Positions 36,040 through 44,347 of a DNA stretch of 64,000 nt are shown here, piece by piece (positions within the stretch are counted from its first letter, which is position 1; every line of letters begins with the position of its first letter). The DNA is taken from positions 17,667-81,666 of the forward strand of contig CAMJCK010000008.1 in NCBI GenBank assembly GCA_946404125.1, written 5' to 3'. Both the position numbers and the translations under genes were made by a program. The stretch comes from an uncultured Bacteroidota bacterium. GTDB taxonomy: Bacteria > Bacteroidota > Bacteroidia > Bacteroidales > SZUA-534. The notes under the pieces were generated by a model, which was given only the letters and a program-made list of their open reading frames with translations, had not been told where the DNA came from and did not search any database.

Positions 36040-38271
36040 ATGGAAAAAAACAAAGGTTACAAGTGGAGCTTTGCCGGAGTGGGCGGAGTGACGCGTGTTA
36101 ATATTGTCAAAGGCGAAGATATTGCTCATTTGGGCGAACTCGACCAGAAACTTTGGACCGTTCTGAGTTGCCCCGTCAAAGGACTTGAGCTCGACGAGCG
36201 TACGTTGGCAATGATGGACTATGACAATGATGGTAAAATTCGCGTTCCGGAAGTTGTGGAAACAGCTGAATGGTTGACATCGGTACTGAAAACCAACAAT
36301 TTGCTATTTGCGCAGAAGGGCGAAATCCGATTGTCGGATATTGATGAAACTACCGACAACGGCAAGCGTGTTCTGGCGTCGGCCAAGCGGATTCTCAACA
36401 ATTTGGGCAAAGATGGCGATACGCTCACCATTGCCGACACCGCCGACAGTATGGCCATTTTTGCAAAAACAAAGTTCAATGGCGACGGTGTGATAACCGC
36501 CAACTCGACCGACGATGCAGATTTGAAATCGGTGATTGAGGCTTGCATCAAGACCGTCGGCTCGACTGCCGACCGCAGCGGCGATGCCGGTGTCACGGCT
36601 GAGCAGATTGAGGCTTTCTACACTGCTTGCGCCGACTACGATGTCTGGCAGAAAGCCGCCGTTTTGCCTTACGGCGACGGCACAGCAGCCGCACTTGCCG
36701 CCTGGCAGAGCATCAAACCGAAGGTGGACGACTATTTTCTGCGATGCAAACTGTCGGCGTTCGATTCGGGAGCAGAGGTGCCGCTAAACGTTGCGCAGAG
36801 CCAGTTTGAGGCCATCAGCGACAAGAACCTGACTGAGTGCGGCGATGAGATTGCCGAGTATCCGCTTTCAAAAATCGACACCAAAGGCAGGCTCACACTC
36901 AAAATTGAGGCCATCAATCCTGCTTGGCAGGCAGCTTTCGGCACACTCAAAAGCATAGTTTTCGATGCCGATTTCGCAAAGAAAGACGCCATCAGCGAGG
37001 CCGATTGGCAGAGTGTGGGACAGAAGCTGGCGCCGTTTGTGGCCTGGCTCGATAGCAAAAAAGGCGCCGATGTTGAGTCTTTGGGTGTTGAAATGATTGA
37101 TAAAATATTGAAAAACAATCGCAAGTCAGACCTTCTGGCGATTGTTGAGCAAGATAAGGCGCTTGAGAGCGAGGCCAACAGCATCAGCGAGGTTGACAAA
37201 CTGCTTCATCTTTGCCGCGATTTCTACACGCTGCTCAAAAACTTTGTCACCCTCACCGATTTCTACTCTAAAGACACTGGTGTGAAGGCCATTTTCCAGG
37301 CCGGAACGCTCTATATCGACCAGCGCAGCTGCGACCTTTGCATCAAAGTCAGCGATATGGACAAACACAACGCGATGGCAAGTTTCAGCGGTATGTTCCT
37401 GATTTACTGCGATTGCGTTTCGAAAACCAAAGGCACAACAATGAAGATTGTGGCCGTGATGACCAACGGAGAGGTGAACAACCTGACGGTGGGCAAAAAC
37501 GCTGTTTTCTACGACCGTAGCGGATTGGATTGGGACGCCACCGTGGTGAAAATCATCGAAAACCCGATAAGCATCCGCCAGGCTTTCTGGTCGCCCTACC
37601 GCCGTATGTCGGTTTGGGTTGAGAATATGATAAACAAGCGTGCAGCCGAGAAAGATGCGAAAATGATGGAGGAAACCACCGCCAAATTGGCCGCCAAAAC
37701 TGCCGCCGATGGCGAGAAGCCGGCCGTCACGCCACCGTTCGACATCGCAAAATTCGCCGGTATTTTTGCCGCCATCGGTATGGCTTTAGGTATGATTGGT
37801 ACCGCGCTTGTGAATGTGGCCGACGAGCTCAAAGGCCTCCATTGGTATCAGTATCTTGCTATTTTCCTGGGAATTATAGTCATTATTTCGGGCCCGTCGA
37901 TGATTATGGCCTGGCTCAAGCTTCGCAAGCGCAATCTGGCGCAGGTGCTCAACGCCAACGGCTGGGCGGTGAACGCCGACATTCTGGTGAACATCATCTT
38001 TGGCGCCACGCTGACCAAAATTGCCAAATATCCGAAGGTGCGACTGAAAGACCCGTTTGCCGAGAAAGGCGTTGTTTGGAAGCGAATCTTTTGGATAATC
38101 ATTCTGCTTGCCGCGATTTTTGCCGGGCTCTATTTCACCAACAAGCTGGAGTGTTTCGGTCTGCCGTATGGTAAAAAGGCTTGCGCCGAAAAGGTTGAAG
38201 CGTGCACAGAGGCGCCCGCACCGGCTGCTGCGGAAGTACCAGCTTGCGATGACAGCACAATTGCAGAGTAA
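36040..38271 (+). CDS. Large membrane protein of unknown function with a canonical EF-hand loop
   Basis: DYDNDGKIRVPE fits the DxDxDGxIxxxE calcium loop. A ~560-aa soluble region is followed by 3-4 C-terminal TM segments and a Cys/Ala/Pro-rich tail. No family recognised. Confidence 0.55.
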   Translation: MEKNKGYKWSFAGVGGVTRVNIVKGEDIAHLGELDQKLWTVLSCPVKGLELDERTLAMMDYDNDGKIRVPEVVETAEWLTSVLKTNNLLFAQKGEIRLSDIDETTDNGKRVLASAKRILNNLGKDGDTLTIADTADSMAIFAKTKFNGDGVITANSTDDADLKSVIEACIKTVGSTADRSGDAGVTAEQIEAFYTACADYDVWQKAAVLPYGDGTAAALAAWQSIKPKVDDYFLRCKLSAFDSGAEVPLNVAQSQFEAISDKNLTECGDEIAEYPLSKIDTKGRLTLKIEAINPAWQAAFGTLKSIVFDADFAKKDAISEADWQSVGQKLAPFVAWLDSKKGADVESLGVEMIDKILKNNRKSDLLAIVEQDKALESEANSISEVDKLLHLCRDFYTLLKNFVTLTDFYSKDTGVKAIFQAGTLYIDQRSCDLCIKVSDMDKHNAMASFSGMFLIYCDCVSKTKGTTMKIVAVMTNGEVNNLTVGKNAVFYDRSGLDWDATVVKIIENPISIRQAFWSPYRRMSVWVENMINKRAAEKDAKMMEETTAKLAAKTAADGEKPAVTPPFDIAKFAGIFAAIGMALGMIGTALVNVADELKGLHWYQYLAIFLGIIVIISGPSMIMAWLKLRKRNLAQVLNANGWAVNADILVNIIFGATLTKIAKYPKVRLKDPFAEKGVVWKRIFWIIILLAAIFAGLYFTNKLECFGLPYGKKACAEKVEACTEAPAPAAAEVPACDDSTIAE

Positions 38272-38379
38272 TCTGTCAATCGATTAATAATTCAAAAAGG
38301 CGATGCGTGAGTGTCGCTTTTTTTGTGCGTATCAGTTTCCGTTTTCCGTTTATCTTTGCGGCGCTTTAAAAACAGACCG

Positions 38380-38856
38380 ATGCAGCAGATTATTATCTAC
38401 ACCGATGGCGCCGCTTCAGGCAATCCCGGACCGGGAGGCTACGGCGTTGTGCTCACCTGCGGGCCGCACCGCAAGGAGCTTTCGGAGGGTTTCCGCCTGA
38501 CGACGAACAACCGGATGGAACTGCTGGCCGTCATCAAAGGTCTGGAGGCGCTGAAAACCGATGGCTGCGATGTGGTGATTTATTCCGACTCGCGCTATGT
38601 GGTTGACGCCGTTGAGAAGCACTGGCTCGAAGGCTGGATACAGAAAGGCTTCAAAGGCAAGAAAAACCCCGACCTCTGGATGCGCTTTTGGCGCGTTTAC
38701 AAGCAGCACAATGTGGTTTTCAGGTGGGTTAAGGGCCACGACGGCATTCCGCTCAACGAGCGCTGCGACCAGCTGGCAACCACAGCCGCCGCCGCGCCCA
38801 CGCTCATCGACGAAGGTTACATAAACCAACAGAACGACAATACTTTAAATTTATGA
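38380..38856 (+). CDS. rnhA: Ribonuclease HI
   Basis: IYTDGAASGNPGPGGYG, NNRMEL, YSDS.Y, WVKGH.G...NE.CD.LA carry the RNase H catalytic residues in order. A TATCTTTG box lies at 38351-38358. Confidence 0.88.
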   Translation: MQQIIIYTDGAASGNPGPGGYGVVLTCGPHRKELSEGFRLTTNNRMELLAVIKGLEALKTDGCDVVIYSDSRYVVDAVEKHWLEGWIQKGFKGKKNPDLWMRFWRVYKQHNVVFRWVKGHDGIPLNERCDQLATTAAAAPTLIDEGYINQQNDNTLNL

Positions 38857-39464
38857 TACGTCTTGCAATTCTGGCTTCGGGTTCAGGCTCGAACGCTGAA
38901 AACATAGTGAAATACTTCTCGCATTCCGATGCGGTTGAGGTTGCCGCAATAATCTCGAACAAAGCCGATGCCTACGTGCTGGAACGTGCTAAATATCTGC
39001 GTGTTCCGTCGTATGTGATGAGCCGCGCCGATATGGTTGGCACCGACAAACTGCTCAATCTGCTGCGCGAGTTGAAAACCGATTGGGTGATTCTGGCCGG
39101 ATTCCTGGTCCTGCTGCCCGAAAGCATTGTAAACGAGTACGATGGCAAGATTCTGAACATTCACCCGTCGCTGCTGCCGAAGTTTGGCGGCAAGGGAATG
39201 TACGGCGACAAGGTTCACGAGGCTGTGGTTGCGGCGCACGAGAAGGAGTCGGGTATTACCATCCATAAGATTGACGCCAACTACGACGAGGGTACAACCG
39301 TGTTTCAGGCAAAAATCAAGGTGGAACCTCTCGACAACGCCGAAAAAGTGGCTCAGAAAGTTCACGCTCTCGAATATAAATTCTATCCGAAAATTATTGA
39401 AGATATGGTACTTAACCGTGATTTTGAGCGCGTTGTGACAGTTGAGCCGATAGGCAAGGATTGA
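38853..39464 (+). CDS. purN: Phosphoribosylglycinamide formyltransferase
   Basis: ILASGSGSN, NIHPSLLPKFGG.GMYG..VHEAV, and SG.TIH are PurN motifs. There is an ATGA overlap with rnhA. Confidence 0.88.
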   Translation: MIRLAILASGSGSNAENIVKYFSHSDAVEVAAIISNKADAYVLERAKYLRVPSYVMSRADMVGTDKLLNLLRELKTDWVILAGFLVLLPESIVNEYDGKILNIHPSLLPKFGGKGMYGDKVHEAVVAAHEKESGITIHKIDANYDEGTTVFQAKIKVEPLDNAEKVAQKVHALEYKFYPKIIEDMVLNRDFERVVTVEPIGKD

Positions 39465-39516
39465 TTAATTGAATGCGTGAAGGATTGAATGTGACTAACA
39501 CCTAACACCTAAACCA

Positions 39517-39933
39517 ATGATAATCAAGATAAAAAATCTGGGCGATATTGAGTCTGCGGTGAAAGAATTTCTTGCAGCGGTAGGCGATAAGCGGCATTTT
39601 GCGTTCTACGGCCCGATGGGTGCCGGCAAGACAACATTCATCAAGGCCGTGTGCGAGCAACTTGGCACAACCGATACGGTTTCAAGTCCTTCGTTTGCAA
39701 TCATCAACGAGTACAACTCTGCCGCTGGGCGCATTTTCCATTTCGATTTTTACCGCATCAAGAATCTTGAAGAGGCCTTCAATCTTGGTTATGAGGACTA
39801 CTTCTTCGGCAACGACTATTGCTTTGTTGAATGGCCCGAAAAGGTTGAAGAGCTTATGCCGGAGCATTTTACAATCGTCAAAATAACTGTTGACGATAGC
39901 GACCAGCGCATTATAGAGATTGCCGGACTCTAA
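39517..39933 (+). CDS. tsaE: tRNA t6A37 biosynthesis ATPase TsaE
   Basis: The P-loop GPMGAGKTTF, SPSFAIINEY and HFDFYR are typical TsaE/YjeE motifs. Confidence 0.85.
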   Translation: MIIKIKNLGDIESAVKEFLAAVGDKRHFAFYGPMGAGKTTFIKAVCEQLGTTDTVSSPSFAIINEYNSAAGRIFHFDFYRIKNLEEAFNLGYEDYFFGNDYCFVEWPEKVEELMPEHFTIVKITVDDSDQRIIEIAGL

Positions 39934-39986
39934 CAATCAGTCATTTGTGATTTTCTACTGAGCAGTAATCGCCTTAGCGCTTATTG

Positions 39987-40520
39987 TCAGCTTTGGAGCA
40001 GTGTTGTTGAGAAATCTTCCTTTCCGCGTTCGGTGAGGAAATATTTAATGGCGTTCCAACCACGGCGGATAACCTTCAGCGGCGGACAGTCAATCGGGTT
40101 CTCGTCAAAGTGTATGCGGGTGATTTTCTGCAATTTAACCATCTCGGTCGGAATCGTGTGAAGCAGGCAGAAGCTTGCGTCGAAAGTTTGCAGATTGCTT
40201 AGCTGACCCATTTGTGAAGGCAGTTTCTGGATCGGATTGTAACTGACATCCAACGAATTGAGATTGTGCAGTTTACCAATGTTTTCAGGCAACTCGGTAA
40301 TGCCGTTGCGCATCAGGAAAAGTTCCTTCAGGTTGGTCATATTGGTAATCGACTCGGGCAGCTTCTTGATGTGGTTGAAACTAAGGTCAAGGCTCTCGAT
40401 GTCGGTTAGCTCGCCAATCTCTTCTGGGAGCGTGTCAATGTCTTTGTTAGATAGGTCAAGTTGTTTGCATTTGGCATTTTTAACTCTCTCAATCAAGCAT
40501 TTAATCTCGTATTCTTCCAT
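39987..40520 (-). CDS. Cytoplasmic leucine-rich repeat protein (canonical ~23-aa LRRs)
   Basis: About five repeats of L..L.L..N.I..LP..I..L. There is no signal peptide. Start at MEEYEIK (40518-40520). Confidence 0.7.
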   Translation of the reverse strand: MEEYEIKCLIERVKNAKCKQLDLSNKDIDTLPEEIGELTDIESLDLSFNHIKKLPESITNMTNLKELFLMRNGITELPENIGKLHNLNSLDVSYNPIQKLPSQMGQLSNLQTFDASFCLLHTIPTEMVKLQKITRIHFDENPIDCPPLKVIRRGWNAIKYFLTERGKEDFSTTLLQS

Positions 40521-40821
40521 AATACTTCGGTTTCTGAGTCGGTTGCAAAAGTACAAATTTGTTGCAGATGTTGTTTACATCGAATGCTGCATTTCGTCGA
40601 TTTTAATAAGATTTTTGTCATTTTTCCGATGCTTGGATTTTAGCAATATGCGTGCCGCAATTGATGCAAAAATCCATTTTTTGGCCACCGGCATAAGCAT
40701 AACGTGTTGATAACAATTCGTTGAGGTTTTGCGGTTGTGTGCGTTTTCTGCTATTTTTCGATTGTCGTAAATATAAATGGTGCGGCATTGCAATGTGCTG
40801 TGCCTTAAATGTTTGGTAAGT

Positions 40822-42033
40822 ATGAGTATTTCTGATTATGGATTCGGCAAGACGAATCTGCTACCGTGCGAGGAGACGCTTGAGATATCGCGCAAGCGCA
40901 AAAAAATGCGTATAGCTGTTGCAAAGGAATCTGCGCAAAACGAGAACCGTGTTGCGATGGCGCCGCACGCCGTTGGATTTTTGGTGGGGCTTGGGCACGA
41001 TGTTTATGTTGAATCAGGGGCAGGCGAGAAGGCTCATTTTGCCGACCAGAAATACGCCGAGCAGGGTGCCGTTATTGAGCCTTGCCGCAGCAATATCTAC
41101 TCTTGCGACGTGATTATGAAGGTGTTACCGCCAAACGAGGAGGAGTTGGCGATGATGAAAGGCCATCAGGTGCTTTTCAGCAGTTACGACATCTATTCGC
41201 AGACCAAACAGTACATTGAGAAACTTCAGGAGTTGAAAATCACTGCCATCGGGTTTGAATTTTTCAAGGACGCCACTTGCGAAGTTTATCCCATAGTGCA
41301 GAGTTTCAGTGAGATATCCGGCACAACATCAATGCTCATTGCCGCCGAATATTTGAGCGACGCGCACGGAGGCAAGGGCGAAATGCTGGGCGGCATCAGC
41401 GGCATCAGTCCGACCGATGTGGTTGTCTTGGGTGCCGGAACGGCCGCTGAGTGCGCCGCGCGTACGGCTCTCGGTCTTGGTGCTTCGGTCAAGGTTTTCG
41501 ACAAGTCAATCAATCGCTTGCGCGATCTTCAGCAACGTCTTGGAATGCACATATTTACATCAGTTTTGCAGCCGATGGTTCTGCTCAAGGCCATTCGTTC
41601 GGCCGATGTGGTTGTGGGTGCGCTCTACGAGAACAACTGCCGCCGCGATTTCATTGTGAGTGAGGATGCTGTGAGCCAGATGAAGAGCCACTCGGTGATT
41701 GTGGATTTGTGTATGACGCAGGGTGGATGCTTCGAAACATCGGAGCCCACATCGTTTGCCGAGCCGGTTTATGAAAAGCACGGAGTGATTCACTATTGCG
41801 TGCCGAACATTCCGTCAAGAGTTTCGCGCACAGCAACTTACGTACTTAGCAACATACTCGGTCAGGTGCTTATTGAACTTGGCGAGGCCGGTGGCATAAA
41901 TCAACTCATCAAGGACAATGCCGGAGTTAGGGCAGGAGCCTACGTTTACAACGGAATCTTGACTAACGAGCTGATAGGCAGTCGATTGGGAATGCAATCG
42001 CACGACATTAATCTGTTGTTGGCTGCGTTTTAA
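40822..42033 (+). CDS. Alanine dehydrogenase / PNT-alpha family NAD-binding protein
   Basis: RIAVAKES..NENRVAM.P and VVVLGAGTAAECAARTALGLGASVKVFD (Rossmann motif). The start is ambiguous: ATG 40822 was chosen, and ATG 40906 (MRIAV) is the alternative. Confidence 0.7.
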   Translation: MSISDYGFGKTNLLPCEETLEISRKRKKMRIAVAKESAQNENRVAMAPHAVGFLVGLGHDVYVESGAGEKAHFADQKYAEQGAVIEPCRSNIYSCDVIMKVLPPNEEELAMMKGHQVLFSSYDIYSQTKQYIEKLQELKITAIGFEFFKDATCEVYPIVQSFSEISGTTSMLIAAEYLSDAHGGKGEMLGGISGISPTDVVVLGAGTAAECAARTALGLGASVKVFDKSINRLRDLQQRLGMHIFTSVLQPMVLLKAIRSADVVVGALYENNCRRDFIVSEDAVSQMKSHSVIVDLCMTQGGCFETSEPTSFAEPVYEKHGVIHYCVPNIPSRVSRTATYVLSNILGQVLIELGEAGGINQLIKDNAGVRAGAYVYNGILTNELIGSRLGMQSHDINLLLAAF

Positions 42034-42161
42034 CGGTTAGGCAATAAGCCAAAAGGCAAAAGTGGCTTAAAATGTGGAATTTAGTGGGGGTTGTGCGGTG
42101 ATGATTCGCCGTGAGCGCATTACTCACTGAATTTTGCTATCAAAATTCTTCTTTAGCCACA

Positions 42162-42560
42162 TCAAATCAGGTGGTCGATTATCTCGAACAATTTGTTGAT
42201 ATTGACGGGTTTGCAAATGAATCCGTCGAAATGGGCTTTGGGGTAATCGTCTAAAATCAAGTCTTTTTCGTAGCAAGTTTGCGCCACCACCGGAAGTGCC
42301 GGCCTGATTTTTTTGATGGCTTCGGTGGCCTCGATGCCGTTGACATCTGGCATTCGGATGTCCATCAGTACCAGGTTGATGTTGGGGTTGCTGTTTACAA
42401 TGTCGATGGCGTTTTGGCCGTTGTTGGCGCGTATCAGAGTGACATTTGTTGACAGTAAGACGCGTTCAACGAACATATAGTTTACATCTTCATCCTCGGC
42501 AATCAGTATTGTTTTGCCGCGCCAGTTGTATTCTTTGTCTATTAGCATACTTTGACTCAT
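42162..42560 (-). CDS. Stand-alone response regulator receiver domain (CheY-like)
   Basis: ILIAEDEDVN, the phospho-acceptor context LVLMDIRMPDVNG, and a conserved T/K region. There is no output domain. Confidence 0.8.
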   Translation of the reverse strand: MSQSMLIDKEYNWRGKTILIAEDEDVNYMFVERVLLSTNVTLIRANNGQNAIDIVNSNPNINLVLMDIRMPDVNGIEATEAIKKIRPALPVVAQTCYEKDLILDDYPKAHFDGFICKPVNINKLFEIIDHLI

Positions 42561-42619
42561 AAAAAGCAAAGCAAATTAACAAATAATCATTTATGCTGAT
42601 GCTTTTTTTCTTGATTTTT

Positions 42620-43951
42620 TTAGTTGCCGCCGGTTGCTTTCGCTTTTTCGACCACACAGCGCATCATTTTTTGGAACTCGGACGAGCCGCGAAGTTCTAT
42701 TTTATCGGCCTTTGCAAGATTTCCTTTTACCGCGATGGTGATGGTTGCCCGGGCCTCGTCGGTGGTGATGGAGGTGGTCTTATGCACTTTCCCATCGGCA
42801 ACAATTTCAATGGCCGATGAGAGTTCGGGGCTCAGGCACTCGGCGCTGTTAGCGTAGAGCGTTATCTGGTTGTCGGCAGTGATTTTTGCCCAGACAATCT
42901 GCGGCACCACATCCCAACCTTTAAGCTGGCTGATGTGGGCGATCAGCTCGCGTGCACTCACAATGTGCTGTTTCACAGTTGGATGCCAATCGATGCCGAG
43001 GCCGTTTTCAGGGATGTTCTGCGGAGTCATCTCGAAAAAGCTTACGCGGCCTTTGTCACGGGCGTTGGCGCGGCGCACCACTTCGCAAATGCAGTGCCGG
43101 GCGGTGTCGAGGACAGGATCGTCGAGCATTGTGCCAAGCAGACACAGAATGTCAGGATTGGTGTAGTGCGACTGAATCTGCTCAATCAGCCGCAGATAGT
43201 TGCTGATGAACAGGGTGGTGTCGTAGCCTGGAGTGCTCATATCGTTGGTTCCCAGGTTGATGCAGACAAGGTCGGGTTGCTGGCGGAAGTCGTATTTCGG
43301 CTCGGCATCATAGAGGAACGTGCGGTCGTAGAAGTTGGTCATATTGTCGGGGTCGCCGCTCGAGGGTCCGGCGTAGTTGCGGTAGATGCCGATGCCCGAT
43401 TTGGCGGCCACAATGGTGCGCGCGTTCAGGCTGCGTGCTGCAATGGCGGCGTAGGTGAGGTAGTGGTTCTCGGTGGATGCGCCAAACCGCTCGCCGATGT
43501 GCCCTTCGTTGCCGTAGCCGCAGGTTATGGAGTTGCCCACAAACTCAATGGAGTGTTGACGCGGGTTCTGAATGTCGATGATGGTGCCGTCAGTGTTTAG
43601 CTCAAAGCCGATGAACGACGTTTTGCCGAACTGCTCCTCGGTGATGCGGACAATCTCGACATCGTGCACACCCTTGGTGGCGAACTGAGCAAGAGGGTAG
43701 GTGGCCTCGCCCTTCCGCGTCTTGATTTTGCCAGTATAAACATCATCGATGACAATCGCGAAATAGTTCTCGCCGCGATCGTCGTTGAGGATGACGCTTG
43801 CCGCCGATGCGTTGACGCTTGCCCTGATTGACACGCCTGAATATGAGAATGTTGGCGCTTCAGGTTGGCTGAAATCGATTCGTCCGCTGTACTCGATGGC
43901 CGGATTTGTGGCCAAGACAGTCAGCAGGGTGAGGAGTGATAGAATGCTCAT
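42620..43951 (-). CDS. SGNH/GDSL hydrolase, CE2-like carbohydrate esterase with N-terminal beta-sandwich and extra C-terminal domain
   Basis: Block I FVGNSITCGYG, block III INLGTNDMS, and block V DWHPTVKQH. Signal peptide MSILSLLTLLTVLA from ATG complement at 43949-43951. Confidence 0.75.
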   Translation of the reverse strand: MSILSLLTLLTVLATNPAIEYSGRIDFSQPEAPTFSYSGVSIRASVNASAASVILNDDRGENYFAIVIDDVYTGKIKTRKGEATYPLAQFATKGVHDVEIVRITEEQFGKTSFIGFELNTDGTIIDIQNPRQHSIEFVGNSITCGYGNEGHIGERFGASTENHYLTYAAIAARSLNARTIVAAKSGIGIYRNYAGPSSGDPDNMTNFYDRTFLYDAEPKYDFRQQPDLVCINLGTNDMSTPGYDTTLFISNYLRLIEQIQSHYTNPDILCLLGTMLDDPVLDTARHCICEVVRRANARDKGRVSFFEMTPQNIPENGLGIDWHPTVKQHIVSARELIAHISQLKGWDVVPQIVWAKITADNQITLYANSAECLSPELSSAIEIVADGKVHKTTSITTDEARATITIAVKGNLAKADKIELRGSSEFQKMMRCVVEKAKATGGN

Positions 43952-44065
43952 CGTTTTTGATTTTTTGTGTGGGCAAGATAGATTTTTTTTGGAAACAGAG
44001 TTTGGAATTGGTGAAAGGTGAAAAATTGAAAGTTGAAAGTTGAAAAGTGTAAGAATGGGGAATGT

Positions 44066-44144
44066 TATCATTAAGCTATCATTAAGGCATCATTAAGGGA
44101 ACATTAAGGAAACATATAGGGAAGATATAGGGAAAAATTTAAGC
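44066..44144. repeat. Seven ~11-bp phased repeats (TATCATTAAGG-type decaying to AAGATATAGGG)
   Basis: TATCATTAAGC TATCATTAAGG CATCATTAAGG GAACATTAAGG AAACATATAGGG AAGATATAGGG AAAAATTTAAGC. A (G/T)TGAAAG run lies at about 44021-44056. The array sits 130-210 bp upstream of the giant gene's -7 box. Confidence 0.8.
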
Positions 44145-44274
44145 GATAATTACGGTTTTGAGGGTGAGTACGGAGCGTATGAATTTTGCATAAAAAAATG
44201 AAAATGATGATTTTTTTTGCAAACAGCGGTGTTTTTTATTCAGCGAATTATTGCATACCTATAATAAAAAAGAA

Positions 44275-44282
44275 TATCTTTG
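44275..44282 (+). promoter_or_regulatory. Bacteroidota -7 box TATCTTTG for the giant gene
   Basis: It matches TAnnTTTG and lies 66 nt upstream of ATG 44348. Boxes of the same kind were read at 6951, 27075, 28037, 30349, 31280, 38351, 60881 and 63922 (plus strand), and at 13233, 15546 and 35303 (minus strand). Confidence 0.55.
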
Positions 44283-44347
44283 TAAGACTTTGAAAAAGTG
44301 GGTGTAGCGCCCCGTTATGATTAGTTAACTACTTCATACATAATACG

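Noticed and set aside
42620-44071. N-terminal extensions offered by the ORF track. The esterase shown here would start at 44071. Similar cases are 1258, 11415, 12003, 13243, 15548, 16940, 26309, 27000, 27067, 28024, 30132, 35274, 35370, 35959, 38311, 40556, 40777 and 60893.
   Set aside because: The extensions run through -7 boxes or repeat arrays, or start at non-ATG codons. Internal ATGs give proper signal peptides or family-typical N-termini. Downstream starts were used and are stated per feature.
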